A stretch of 64,000 nt of DNA. Origin: Camelus ferus. Taxonomy: Eukaryota. Of this stretch, positions 14,878 through 28,277 are shown piece by piece. The position numbers and the translations under genes are program-made. The notes under the pieces were generated by a model. The model was not told where the DNA came from. It searched no databases and saw only the letters and a list, made by a program, of their open reading frames with translations. Location of the stretch: NCBI RefSeq assembly GCF_009834535.1, contig NC_045696.1:53818001-53882000 (forward strand). Direction: 5' to 3'. Numbering within the stretch: the first letter of the stretch is position 1; the number at the start of each line of letters is the position of its first letter.

Positions 14878-15610
14878 GTGCTGCACCAACCTGCATTCCC
14901 ACCAGCAGTGTAGGAGGGTTCACTGTTCTCCACAGCCTCTCCAGCATTTGTCATTTGTGGACTTTTGAATGATGGCCATTCTGACTGCTGTGAGGTGACA
15001 CCTCATTGTACTTTTGCTTTGCATTTCTCTGATAATTAGTGATATTGAGCATTTTTTCATGTGCCTATTGATCATTTGTATTTCTTCCTTGGACAATTGC
15101 TGGTTTAGGTCTTCTACCCATTTTTGGATTGGGTTGTTTGTTTTTTTCTCATTAAGTTGTATGAGCTGCTTATATATTCTGGAGATCAAGCCTTTGTCGG
15201 TTTCATTGTTTGCAAAAATTTTCTCCCATTCCGTAGGTTGTTGTTTTGTTTTACTTATGGTTTCCTTTGCAGTGCAGAAGCTTGTAAGTTTAATTAGGTC
15301 CCATTTGTTTATTCTTGCTTTTATTTCTATTGCTTGGGAGAACAGTTTTGAGATGTATGTCAGTTAATGTTTTGCCTGTATTTTCTTCTAGGAGGTTTAT
15401 TTTATTGTATCTTGTCTTATGTTTAAGTCTTTGATCCATTTTGAGTTGATTTTTGTGTATGGTGTAAAGGAGTGTTCTAGCTGCATTGATTTACATGCTG
15501 CTGTCCAGTTTTCCCAACACCATTTGCTGAAGAGACTATCTTTATTCCATTGTATATTCTTGCCTCCTTTGTCAAAGATTAGCTGACCAAAAGTTTGTGG
15601 GTTCATTTCT
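14878..15610 (-). mobile_element. Young L1: inverted 5' segment (ORF2 C-terminal region)
   Basis: Minus-strand ORFs give ORF2p peptides ([44 protein letters not shown]...KCWRGCGE); preceded by TSD AGAATTTGCACTAA at 14864-14877. Confidence 0.95.
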
Positions 15611-16314
15611 GTATGGAGATTCCTCAAAAGACTAGGAATAGACTTACCATATGACCCAAGAATCCCACTCCTGGGCATATATCCAGAAGGAACCCTACTT
15701 CAGGATGACACCTGCACCCAAAGTTCATAGCAGCATTATTTACAATAGCCAAGACATGGAAACAGTATAAATGTCCATCAACAGATGACTAGATAAAGAA
15801 GATGTGGTATATTTATACAATGGAATACTATTCAGCCATAAAAACTGACAACATAATGCCATTTGCAGCAACATGGATGTTCCTGTAGGATGTCATTCTA
15901 AGTGAAGTAAGCCAGAAAGAGAAAGAAAAATACCATGAGGTCGTTTATATGCAAAATCAAAAAAAAAAACAAAAACACAAAACACAAAACAAAACATAAA
16001 CACAAAACAGAAACAGACTCATAGACATAGAATACAAACCTGTGATTGCCGGGGGATGGGGGGTGGGAAGGGACAGACTGGGATTTCAAAATGTAGAACA
16101 GATAAACAAGATTGTACTGTGTAGCACAGGGAAATACATACAGGATCTTGTGGTGGCCCACAGCGAAAGGGAATGTGACAATGAATGTCTGTATGTTCAT
16201 GTATAACTGAAAAAATGTGTTCTACACTGAAACTTGACACAACATTGTAAAATGACTGTAATAAAATGTTAAATGTAAAATGACTCAATAAAAAATGTTA
16301 AACTTAAAAAAAAA
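15611..16314 (+). mobile_element. Young L1: sense segment (ORF2 end, 3'UTR, poly-A)
   Basis: 'gtatggagattcctcaaa...atgacccaagaatcccactcctgggcatatatccag', G-rich 3'UTR tract, AATAAA, A-tail, then TSD AGAATTTGCATTAA at 16315-16328. Confidence 0.95.
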
Positions 16315-16599
16315 AGAATTTGCATTAAAATCCAATATAAGTAGGTCTCAGTTCTATGGAAAGAGAATGTAATATGAGAGAAAAAAGGTAAGCAATTGGC
16401 TTACCAAGGTCTAAGACTTTCCCCGTGGTTGGGATAATAGACAATACGTTTTGATCATAAGAAAGGACCAGATGTGCTCTTTGAGCTAATGGAGGTTTGC
16501 TCACTGTTGGTTGGCATAATGGTAAGTCCAAGCATGGCTCAAGTCAAAATAGAACACTGAATTCTTCACAAATTATGCATTAAACTCAGCAGGAAAACT

Positions 16600-16830
16600 G
16601 TAGAACACAGGGTTCTAGAGCTGAGAAGACTTGACCTCAAATCCTAGCATCAACATTTATAAACTTGGTGACTTTGGACACATTACTTCTCTTAGTTTGT
16701 TTTCTCTCCTTTAAATGGGAATATAATTATGATTTCTGTCAAGGTTATTGTGAGGATCTGTGATATAATGCCTAATAAGCCAATGGATGGTTTTTGACAT
16801 TTAGGAACTGCTCAATAAATAGTTGAAATT
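16600..16830 (+). mobile_element. MIR SINE
   Basis: 'tcaaatcctagc...gtgactttggaca...tttaaatggg...aaggttattgtgagga'. Confidence 0.65.
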
Positions 16831-17437
16831 AGCTAGAGGATGTCTCATTTTATTTTAGTATTCAGCCAATATTCCCAAAAGCTATAGCTGAAATCTGCAT
16901 TAAATTCTATTATTTTATTTTATTTTAATATTGAACAAATAACAAAATGGTAGAAAGTCATATCAATTATAATTGTATTAGAAAGATATTTATTCACTGT
17001 TGAACTTGATTCTTGATGTTGTTCATTATAGAACAAGGGGTCTGACCTCAACCATCCAACCAACAAATCAGTACTGAGAAATTCCTGTGTATAAGAACTT
17101 CCTGTGTATAGGATCCCTTCTCCTGTGTGTGTGTCCATTCTAAGTGTCAGACACATTACATAAAAAATAGGGCCCACGTCCTAAAATCTCCACATGACCC
17201 AGATTGTCACTATCTGGGAATAGGCATCTCACTCTGATTCCTGGGATCTCCAGGAAAAAAAAAATCATAAAATAAACAACCTTAGAAATACCAAGTATTT
17301 AATTTATGCTGGTGAAATATACATACATTTACATAATTCAAATGATAAAGGTCATCCCACAGCAAATCCTATGCGACACTTTCCAACTGTTCATTATAGT
17401 TTAAAGAACTCTGCAAAAGGATAAAATTACTAATATA

Positions 17438-17650
17438 GCAGTTTTTACACTGGGCTTTTAAGAGCACTTAGATTTCAGTGGAGGCAACTTGGAGTTGGAC
17501 TTGAGCATGGGGCCTGGGTCCCTCCTTCCCACTTCATTCAAAGCAGCTCCTCTTCTTGTATCTGTTTTATATACTAGGTTCTGATTAAACTGTCTAAAAA
17601 AGGGGGCATGCTGATACTAAAAATCAGTCAAACAGTTTGAAAAACACAGC
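17438..17650. mobile_element. hAT-Charlie-type MITE (subfamily uncertain)
   Basis: Degenerate TIRs 'gcagtttttacact' and 'agtttgaaaaacacagc'; internal 'ctgttttatatactaggtt'. Confidence 0.55.
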
Positions 17651-18284
17651 ATTAAGAAGGTTCAAGTCTGGTGAATTTTTTTCTTTAATGTCTCCAAAGT
17701 TTACCTGTCACACAAAATTTATAGCAGCTTAATGATTCAGCATTGTGTCAAGGACTACTCCAAAGTTAATGCTAAAGGCTATCTACTTTGTAGGATAGAT
17801 TTCTCTCCCTCTGCCCGAAGAACCTTCTCATTTAGGTACTTTGAATGGGGCAAGGAATTGGTCTCTTACAAAGGCATGTACCATCCTTTAAATCAAATCA
17901 TTAACCAAATGTATATGTGTTTGTGTGCGTGTATTTACAGGATTGGAGGAGACAGGGTGAAATCCAGGTATAAGAAAATTACACGTAAAAATATAGTATC
18001 TTTTAAAAATTGGGGTTTTTTTTTTTTTTGCTTTAATTTTCTTTGAGCTTAATTAGATCTTCATAATGACTTCTTTTAAATACCAGCTTTCCCAGACACT
18101 ATTGTGAAGATCCAAGCACAAGTTCTTCATTCCCTCTCTCTGTGCTTCAAGAATTATTCATTCACTCATCCATCCATTCAATAAACCTTGCTAAATTTCC
18201 ACCATGTTCCAGAGACTGTGGAATGGTGAAAGGAACAGAGCTACAATAACCCAAAAAGGTGTGATCAGCACACACATCCACGGA

Positions 18285-18500
18285 GGCAGCATGTAGAAAC
18301 AGGGTGAGCTCTGGGGTCAGAGCAGCCATGATGTGAGTCCCATTTCAACAGTTGTAAAGAGTTTGAATAAAAGACTTATTCTCATTGAGTCTGTTTCCTC
18401 ATCTACAAAACAGGGTTTCATAATATCATTTTCATATGGTTCTGATGATTAAATGTAGAAATATGTGTTCAGAAGTTAGCCCCTTACCTAGTACAAAATA
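18285..18500 (+). mobile_element. MIR SINE (short antisense L2 tail upstream at ~18158-18240)
   Basis: 'gagtctgtttcctcatctacaaaacaggg'. Confidence 0.65.
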
Positions 18501-19137
18501 ATTACTAACTAATAAGTCTTATTTTTCTCTGAGAGACAACTCAAGGCCACAACCACATTCCTGCTGTAAGCTCATGGCTGGAGTGAGCATTCAGGTGGCA
18601 GTGCGTTAGCAAAACCTTGTTTTTGGTAAAAGGCCCCATAGGATTCTCCATTGCTCTCAACTTCTCAGGAAAAATTGTGCTGTGTCCAAGGATTTACTAA
18701 ATTAACAGAACTCTAACTTGATTTAGAGACATATTTATTTAGTATAAACTGGCCTTTATTTTGGAAGGGAATGCCATGTGAACCCAGGAGTAAAACAGAG
18801 GGTTCCATAATACTCTACAAACATGCTTTCTAAAAATGAGAATATGAAAGATTAATGCAAATTGATACTTTTCTCAATACAGAAGCAATTCCCTGGGAGT
18901 GACTTGGGAGATTTAAGCCATCAGCAGCAGGGTAACAGCTAACACACTGAAGCAATAACAACTAACTGGTACCCTGAGTTATCAATGCAATTTCTAAAAG
19001 AGCCTAGCTCATTATGAAGATATGGTGATCAAAGAAAGCAAATTTGGCTCCATAATACTTTGCACATGCTGCATATTTTTAATGCTTGAGGCTCAAAAAG
19101 CTGTGAATGCATTTGGCTTAGTATTGGGCTGTTCTGG

Positions 19138-19639
19138 TGTATTAGTTTTCTATTGCTGCTGTAACAAATTATCGCAGACTTGGTGGCTTAATACACTACA
19201 CACTGAAATTCTGTACGTTAGAAGTCTAAAATGGGTTACAGCCTTATTGGGTTAAAATCAAGTTATTGGTAGGACTGCATTCATTTATGAAAACTCTAGG
19301 ACAGAACCTGTTTCCTTGCTTTTTCTACCTTCTAGATGTTGGCCTCATTCCTTGGCTCCTGGCCCCCTTGCTGCACCTTCAAAGCCAGCAAAGTTGCAGA
19401 TTTTTTGATGCTTACTACTCTGTCCATTTTCTTCTGACAACAGCCAGAAAAGGTTCTCCCCTTTTAGGGATTCATATGATTAGAGTGGACCCATTTAGAT
19501 GATCCAGGATCATCAATCCATGTGAAGATTTTGAACTTTACTCATATCTGAAAAGTCTTTTTTTGTGATGTGAAGTAATATATTTTAAAAAATTATGGGG
19601 CTTAGACACCTTTAGAGGGTCATTATTCTGCCTACCACA
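19138..19639 (-). mobile_element. MLT1 (ERVL-MaLR) solo LTR
   Basis: Begins 'tgtattagttttctattgctgctgtaacaaatta', ends 'cattattctgcctaccaca'; 5-bp TSD TCTGG/TATGG. Confidence 0.9.
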
Positions 19640-20039
19640 TATGGCATTGGGGGGAGTGTTCTATTTCAGATACTGTTAAAAGACATAATGCTCGACTGTA
19701 TACAACAGTTAAGGAAGATGTGAACATTTCAGAAAGTTCTCCTGTTCTGTTAAACTTTTCCTCCATCTTTCAAATGAATCAGTTGGACTAAACAATCACT
19801 AGCTACCCTTCCAGTTTAAAAGGCTAGGATGCCTTCTATATGGACTAAACTTTCCTTGACAATTTGGATGATTCAGAGATCAAGGCAATTAAAGAGTCAA
19901 AAAGGGTGAAAGAGGAACAGGACAGAAAAGACACTATCAAGACCTCGGGGACTACCCAATCACACTGGTCTTCACACCGGCCAGTCCCCACCTACAGTAC
20001 TATGTTCCTTTGGTACTGCTGCTCTTTAAACTAGTGATC

Positions 20040-20440
20040 AACACACAGAAGTGAGTCTGGAGGACAGTAATCAGGAATGTGAGAGGTCTCCCCGGTTTGA
20101 AATACAGTGGAAGGATCAACAAAGTTTACTTTGGAGAACAGAAAATGGGAGAATGGGAGGGGAGGGGGATATGATAACAGTCTTTAAATATTTGTCCTTG
20201 TTGAAGAAAAGTGAATCTTATTCTGCATAGCTCTAGAGAATCAAGGGTAGATTAATGAGTAGAAGCCCCAGAAGGTTCAATATGAGAAGAAACTTCCCAA
20301 GAGTGAGACCTGAAACAAAATGGAAGCAGCTGCTCATGGGGCAGTTAATTCTGTATGATTAGACTGAGTGACTGTGAGCTAGAGATACTGGAGAAGCAAT
20401 TCCTCCATCGGTGGAGGCTTTCTGTCGTAGCCTGAAAGAT
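20040..20440 (+). mobile_element. CR1/L3 LINE 3' fragment
   Basis: 'gggggatatgataacagtctttaaatattt...caatatgagaagaaacttcccaagagtgaga...aaatggaa'. Confidence 0.65.
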
Positions 20441-21299
20441 TCCCCCAGCCAAACCTCTAGAAATGTTATGAATCTGTTTATTCTAGAGATATTTCCATTC
20501 CTAATAAAAATAGATTAAGAAGATAATTATATAGAATATGTAATTTCAGTTATACCTAAACAATTTCCATGAAGCAAGGTTAGAGAGATTTGGGGGTACA
20601 CAAGCAAAAAAATGTTTCTGAATACTTACAAAAAAAAAAAAAAAAGAGTTGGCATTACATTATTCTTAGGATGAAGAGGTAGACTAGAGCCATGACTTTG
20701 AAACTGCATCAGTGGGGTCCTAGAGTCCACCTGAGTGAGTCAGTTGCTAGTAGGGAGGGGAAGATGACAAGGAAGAGAAAGAGCAGAGATAAGGAAGAGG
20801 TAGAGGAATTACGACCTACCATGGCCTACATCCTACTCTCAACCACAGAAGCGCCACTTTAGGGCTCCTCATAAAGTTTCTTTTTTAAAAAAGCTCAATG
20901 CTTTTTTAAAAAGATAAATACTGGTCCAGAGAAATATTCAGACACAAACGTGGAGGATTTGAAATGAAATAAATCTAAAACCCTTATTCCCGTATTTCAG
21001 AGACTTATTGACAAGACTGGTAGTTTTCCAAGTTGTGTCAATTTGACATATATTTATGTTTTGATATTCTACCATTGAGTGTAGCTTTGCGGTGTGGCCT
21101 GATGGAGACGGAACATACGCATTTTTAACATCTAAATCATTATTGTGCTGTATTTCAAGAAACTCCATAGACATGCGTTGTGGAACCCTGAGGGTTCACA
21201 GGACTGAGATAAAAATCTACCGCTCCAGAATACACCGCCTTCAGTTAAATTCATTAGAACAATTCCTAACTGGATGGTAGCCTATAACAACAAACTTGT

Positions 21300-22220
21300 G
21301 CAACTTTTATAAAGAAAAACTTCTCTAAAGATACAAGACAAACAAGGGGAAAAATACTTGCAACTCATCACAAAAAGCTAACCTGTCTAATAATGCAGGA
21401 CTCCAAGAAGACATTGACAAGAAAAAGGTTCACAATCCAACAGAAAAATGGGAAAGGCCACATACATAGACAGTTAATTAAAAAGGAAATAGAAATATAT
21501 AAAAAATATATAAAAAGATGCCTAACCTTACTTTTTAAAAAGCCTTATTAGACTGATAAAATCCAAAAGTTTGTTAACAGTACCTTGGTGAGTCTGTAGA
21601 TATAGACATTTTCCTATATTCTTGTAAGTGCTTTCATTGAGGGCTACTTGAGAATATTTATCAAAATTATAAATGAATATACTCAGTGACATAGCCATCT
21701 TAATTCAAAGGATTTACCCTATGGATATAGGTGCATGTAAACAAAGATTTAGTATGAAATTATTCATTCCACTGCTGTTTATAATAACATAAAAATTATA
21801 AACAACCTAAATGAACTGGCTCTACAGATAGTGGAAATCCATATAGTGAGATAATCTGTAGCTGCAAAGTTGAATGCAGTAGCTTTGCAGCCACTGATAT
21901 ACATGATCTAGAGCTCAGAAAATCTTTTAGATAAAAAAAAAGCAAGATGCAAAACATTGTGCAAAATAGCAGAATATTTGCCTTTTTATGTAAAATGTAT
22001 CCAATGCTGTGTATTCATGTTTGTTTGTATACACATCAAAAAAATGTGAAAGTACACTTATACATACTAACTAATAAAATGGTTATTCGTGACTGCATAG
22101 AGAAACGAAGCAGATGAGACCAGGGATGGAGAGGAAGTTATTTTACTTGGCTACACTTTAATTTTCTCTAGTTACATGAATCTCTAATCTCTAATCACCT
22201 TTATAAAAATAAATTAAAAA
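21300..22220 (+). mobile_element. Old L1M (L1ME-type) ORF2 end/3'UTR, highly degenerate
   Basis: 'aatccaacagaaaaatggga', 'atataaaaagatgc', 'tttataataacataaaaattataaacaacctaaatg'. Confidence 0.7.
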
Positions 22221-22839
22221 AATAATTAAATGGCTATCTTTTGACAAGCTGAGAATATTTAACTTAACAATTTACCTTTTTTAAGGTAAGCTATTTAAAA
22301 AAAATTTTTTGAGACAAGTGAGAAGAAGATTGTTATATTAAAAGTAATAAAGCTATAATTCATGTAGGTGAATGAGAAGTTAAATATATCGACCTCCCAG
22401 GTTAGTGTGAATAAAGTGAGTAATCATTCATTTTAATTCCAAGCTTTCAGCCAACTAAAGAAAAAAAAATCAATCATGTAATTTTTATCTTCTGATAAAA
22501 CATAACCTATCATATTTTTATAATCTATTAAAATGATCATAATCTACTAGATTTGCTAAAGATAGAAATATTATTATTTTTATAAAAAATTAAGAAGGTC
22601 CTTCCTTATCTGTTATTTTTACTTTGTTTTTATTTTATTTATTTTATTAAATATATTTTTATTGACATATAGTCAGTTTATAGTGTGTCAATTTCTGGTG
22701 TACAGCATTAAAAACTGTCCTGTGGTAATTTTACCAACCCTTCTATAGAATATACAGAAGCACATTTATGTTAAATAAAGATTAGCTATTTTTACTGCAT
22801 AAAATGGTCGTAAGGCTATCTTAGGCAATAAAAAATGGC

Positions 22840-23040
22840 TAACCTTTATTTAATTCTCTCTACAAGACAGGCAGTTTTAAAGTATTTCTCCTAAATTGTA
22901 TCTGTCAATAACAAGGCACTTAATATCCCCTTTCTACAAATGAAGAAACGGGCTTTTAAGTAAGGTAACTTGACCAAGGGTACGCAGCTGTTACCTGAAG
23001 GAGACAGAAGCTGAACTGACAGTCGGACTCCAGAGGCAAC
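22840..23040 (-). mobile_element. MIR SINE
   Basis: 'cccctttctacaaatgaagaaacggg...ggtaacttgaccaagg'. Confidence 0.65.
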
Positions 23041-25734
23041 GCCCCAGATACCATACAATGCTGCCACGACTAGCCCAGTGATAGAAACCTGGGGCTGCAC
23101 ATTTACAAGGAAATTCAGGACAGTTGAGATTAAGGAAACCGAGGTCAAGGTGAGAAACTTTCCCATGAGCCAGTACAGGCTTGAACTTTACATTTTTAAA
23201 AGTTCTCCAAATGTTCTAATGTAGCTGAAGAAAACCCAACACTGCAATGGTTTCCTTAGACGTTCTCCTGTGACTATACTGATCGATTGGAGTTTTGAAA
23301 GGAGCCAATTAGCAGTTACTTCAAGGACACACTCTCTCTAGAGCCTGGAGCTTTTCTCCTCTCTGTTGTGGAGGGAAAAACAGTCTTTATGCTTTGGCCA
23401 CCCCACTCTCAATTGGCAAGGTCAACATTCTATTTTTAAAAGTTGTGAAGGTTGACTTCATTCAGCTGGAGGGCCATGTCAACAACTCTTTCCCTCCGTA
23501 GACCTAGCACTGGGATGGATTTGTGTGGTAGAGAGAAGACACTGCCTTGTCCTTGAGAAGGTACAGAGTTGTCAACTTGGGGAGATGAGATTTACATACT
23601 TTGAGACAATTAAAGAACCATAGAAGATGGTGCATAATCAAGGGCCAGATTGTGTGGTATGGCTCAGCTGGTTATGAGAAATCAGGGAGGGAATACGATG
23701 AAGTGTATGAAAAGGCTTTATAAAGTGATGGGTCTTGGGTTAGCCCTGAAGGTTGACAGAGGAAGGAGGTCATATTTAGCACGTTAAATAAGAACCTGAG
23801 AAATGACCAAGAGACAAAAATGATATTTTCAGGGAGCAGTTAAGGAGCCAAGAGAATATTCATACTAATTTTTGGTTCATGCATTATTTTATTCTTATTT
23901 TGATAACCTACTGCATGCATACACTCTGCTAAGCACATGCAATACAAAGAAGAGTATGGTCAGATCTTCATCCTTCTAGCTGGTGCAGGATTTGTGTAGT
24001 TGAGAATGGGGATGTATGTATGTTAGGAGAAACAATGGCAGCAAAGGTAGAAAAATTCACTATATCGATGAGGAATGGTGAATATGAAAGAAATATAAAA
24101 GGTGTCTGATAAAGGAAACTATGGGAGGTGAAACTGGAAAGGTGTTTTGTTCCAGATTATGGAGAATCTAATACTGTAACTTGACATCAAGAAACATAAT
24201 GAAGGCAAAGTTGAAGTACTTTGAAAATAATTTGAAAGTAATTCTCTGGGGTATGGAGATGACTAAATAATATAAAAGCAATGTTTTAAAAGATAAAACT
24301 GGAGACTGTAAGTACAAGGAATAAAACAGGGAATAAAGTAAGGTCAGGAAAAATGTCCAGGAGGCTTCAAGAAGACCTGCGACTAATATCAAGAGGGCTA
24401 AAGTTAAAAGGATTGAGAAGAGAAATCTTTAGGATGAAAATAACAACAACAACAACAATAGAATTTGTAGAGATTGTATATAGATTAGGAAGGACTGGAT
24501 TAACTAAAATACCATTCCAAGATCTTTAAGCCTAACATCTGTCCACCTTATATGTGGACAAAAATAAGGACATTAAAACAAGAAGTCTTTCTACAAGCAA
24601 AACAGTGAGTCCTTATACACAAAGGGCCCATGTACTTAGGGTGAGATTCTATTCTGTGTGTCAGAATCTGTCTATAACTGTAATTAATTGCCTTATAAAA
24701 TCTACATTTCACATTTGCATTGAGTTTTCCACTTTCTAAGTCTCATGTTTCACCAGGTTACAATTTAATCTAAAAAGAAAAGATGAGTTTTAGAGTCACA
24801 CTCTTTCTTATTTGTTCTTTTTAAAGCTATGAATTATAGTGAGTCACCTCTAGGAGAGAGGCTTAAATGGGCCACTGAGAGAATCTGCCAGTGGTCACAG
24901 TCAGAAGCATTTCTCAGGAAAGAATAAAGACCTTGACAAATGACCCAAGAGTTTGTACAAATTTCGATATAAGAAGCAGCTATGACAGAAGCTAGGACTG
25001 TGATTCCCGACAATAAAGTCAGGTGACTGCTGACAAGCTCAGATGAGGAAACGGAGTTGATGCTATGGATTAAACCCAATTTACCTATCGGATCGTAAAC
25101 TTGCTTCAGAAGAACTGGACAGGAAATCCTAAGTGAGTCAAAAACAATTCAAGAATTTGAGGCACTCTGAGATTATCTGGCAAAATAAAGGCTAGTCCCA
25201 CACTCAATTTCATAAAGCCTAGGGAGAAAGCACTGTGGACCAGAAAGGATTGTTCTCTTCTCCTTCTGAGCCAAGACCCACAGGAGCTGCTGGGTATCTA
25301 AGGAGAAAGTAAAAGCAAGTGGAAGTAACTTAAATTCTTTGAGTTAATGCAGAATATTCAAGGTCCCCATGTTAGGGGGAAAAAAAAAAGCATAGGACCA
25401 AGAGGGTTCTCAGAAACATTCCAGATCAAACAGAGGTCAAGAGAAAAGGACTTAGAGATAAAGTCTATGCAGCTGGTCAGAGAGAAACCTCAGTGCAGAC
25501 AGAGGCGTGGCTTCTTGTGCCCAGGTCACCACCAGCAGTGCCACTCTGTGGACAGACTTCAGGACTTAAATGAGCTTTTCTCTGGAAAATATGTCTGTTT
25601 CTTTATGTTTATTTCTTTAACTCGGGGCTTTGTTTTGTTTCCCTTCTACTTTTTTTTTTTTTTTTAAGTAAACTTCCCCTTGAAAATCTTCCACCTTGTG
25701 ATTAGAAAGCTGGAGGGCACAGGCGAGGTGACAG

Positions 25735-25975
25735 CAGCTGCCATCTCAGCTGGGTAGCATTCACTCCCCTTCCCTCCCTTCCCCAGCAGCTGATGAGGCT
25801 GAGGCTGAAACAGACAGAGAAGGGAAACCCCTGGAGGAGAGACAAGACAGCTGTGATCACTGGTTCCTTCCTGCCTGGGGTGTTCTCCCACTGTAAGGCG
25901 ATGGACCTTTTAAAATATACTGAAATATATATATATTTATAAATATGCAAAAAATTGTGGAATCATCAGTGGCTG
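25735..25975 (+). promoter_or_regulatory. Candidate TATA/Inr core promoter with upstream CAGCTG E-box cluster
   Basis: CAGCTG at 25735, 25747, 25787, 25848; TATAAATA at 25938-25945; Inr-like TCAGT whose A (25968) is 30 nt downstream of the TATA start. Confidence 0.4.
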
Positions 25976-26343
25976 CTGCAGAATTTCTTAGTCTTGAACA
26001 GAAAATAATTACTGCTTTTGAATTTAAATGTACAAATCGGCTGCACCTAAAATAGTCTAAGATATTACATATAAACTACATATAAATGATAATGCTAGAA
26101 TAATGCATTCTAACAGTACATTTTGCCTTTAGCAAATTGCATTCCAACATATTTATTTTCGATTTTATATTGTGTTGAGAAGGAACAAACCTCCCTGGGC
26201 ACGTTACAGCCCAAAGTACAAAACATACTGAACAACAAGTGAAAATAGTACTGTTTCTTTCCTTCACCTGTTGTGCAATGTTGGTATGTGTCCTCATCCA
26301 GACTGGAAGGAGCTAGACTTCAGTGTCAGTGCAGGGATAACAG
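25968..26343 (+). other. Candidate non-coding first exon of an unidentified gene
   Basis: Repeat-free sequence from the putative Inr to a donor-like CAG|GTAAAG at 26341-26349; no long ORF. Confidence 0.25.
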
Positions 26344-28277
26344 GTAAAGTTATTTCCACATGCTGGTTGGATTGGATTTTACACTCTTCAATTGAGCCAC
26401 CTTCCCACTGATCTCAAGGGGAGTGCTGCCTGAGAGAAGGTGGTAAAATTAAGCCTCATAGTTTAAAAAAATACCTTGCTTGGACATTTTTTTTTTATCA
26501 AATAGATTTGGGTTCTAATCTAGACTGCTGTGACTCTTCCATGCACTAAACTCTCACTGACTTTGGAGATAATGCAGGGACATGGAAAAGATGGGGAAAA
26601 TCTGAAGCAAACTGAGTATCTAGCCAATATCATGTGTGAAGAGGCAAACACGAATGCCTTTTTTTTTTTTTTAAGAGAAAGGCTAATGCATGTCTTAACT
26701 ATTTGCTCCACTGAGAAACTGAATATTGAAAAATCAATCTGGTAGCTTTACATGAGCTGAGGTTTATGGAACAGGACAGGGCCAAGCTGATCTTGCCAGA
26801 TTTATTTTGCATAGAACCTGTTTTATCCTACAAATATGAAATGCAACATTGAAAGCGTACACTATTCAATAAAGACTTTCTTTTGCTTAGAGAAATAATC
26901 AATAAACATGATATTCTTTCTGAGCCAAGATAATATTACTGAAGCCTCTTGAGATTGATGCTGCCAACACAACCTTTTGGCCCAGCTTCTTCAAGTGATC
27001 ACAAAATACCAAATAATGAAAATTAGACTATATATCAATACAATCAATAAAAATGTCATGCTATTTTATGTCATTCCCTTGCAAGAGAAGGGGAAAAAAG
27101 CATAATTTTTAGGGTGGTATAAAGTGGTAAAGGAGTTCAAGGAAGAATATAAGAATATATCATCTGAAAATAAAATTAGAGTCCTTGTTGGTGGTCCATA
27201 AGGGAAATGGGATTTTGTGATATCGTTTGTAAACTTCTCAAGAAGGAACATTACAAAAATACCAAAGGGCTTGAAAATTATGAAGGATAGCTTGGCTGTA
27301 CAGAAAACTGGATAGAATCCCATAAAAAAGGTATAAATAACTAATAAACATGACCCTTCTCTGGGAACTTCAAATCTCATTTAAGAGCTGGGTAATCTTC
27401 TGTGAACTGTATGGCACATGGGATACTTTCATGGCTTTCAGCATGTGGGGATAAAATTAGAGCTAAGCCCAACTACACACAGGCATATGCAGTGAAACTG
27501 CTATGATTACTGGAGGAATTGTTATTAACTGGGAAGTTTTGTGAAGGCCTTGAGTTCTGGGTAGAATTTTACATAAAGTGAACCATGCCTCAGAGTGAAG
27601 AGAACAGGCCAGACTACACATTTCAAAGATCAAAGTCAAGAATTATAAATTCAGACTGGGAGGTTAGCTAATAGATTTGGAGATGAAAACCAAAAAAGGT
27701 AGGAAGAAGGAGAAAGGTGTAGAGGGCCTGTCTCGAAGCACATTTAGGCTAATAAACCTCTAAGAATAGGTCCCTAATCACTAAGAATTTGGTACCTAAA
27801 TACTTGTCAAATAAATTATTATTGAATATACATTATATTCAATTCTATTAGTAAAAATAGTTCCCATTTGCTGGGGCCGTACCATTTCCCAGGCAGTATA
27901 GTCACTGTTTTCACAGTATCTCTTCTGATCCTTTCAACACTGTAAAATAGCATCATCCTTGTTTACAGAGGAGCAAACTGCGTGCAAGGAAATTAAGCAA
28001 CTTTCCCATGGCATTTTGATTTGATAAAAGGGCAATTAAGACATTTGATGCTATTACAAGGGAGTGACAACATGACAATGACTTCAGAGAAAGACACTCT
28101 GTTGTTAACACTCGAGCTGGATCAGAAGAGAGAGAGGCTGGAGAAAAAGAATCCTCGGTAGTTCAAACACGAAATTAGCACCATGAACTCTTGCTGGGAA
28201 GGGGTGATCTGAACACTGCAGGGCAAGAATCAGTAGAGGCCTCAAACACTAGTATAAGCGACAAAGTTTACAACACT

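Noticed and set aside
15397..15678. 93-aa ORF with strong L1 ORF2p similarity
   Set aside because: Chance read-through across the L1 inversion junction (antisense L1 fused to an ORF2 fragment), not a gene
25664..25950. Minus-strand ORFs over the E-box cluster as coding exons; naming a host gene
   Set aside because: Peptides not recognised, and I cannot identify the locus from sequence alone
26047..26056. MEF2 site CTAAAATAG near the candidate promoter
   Set aside because: One W short of the YTA(W)4TAR consensus, so not counted as evidence
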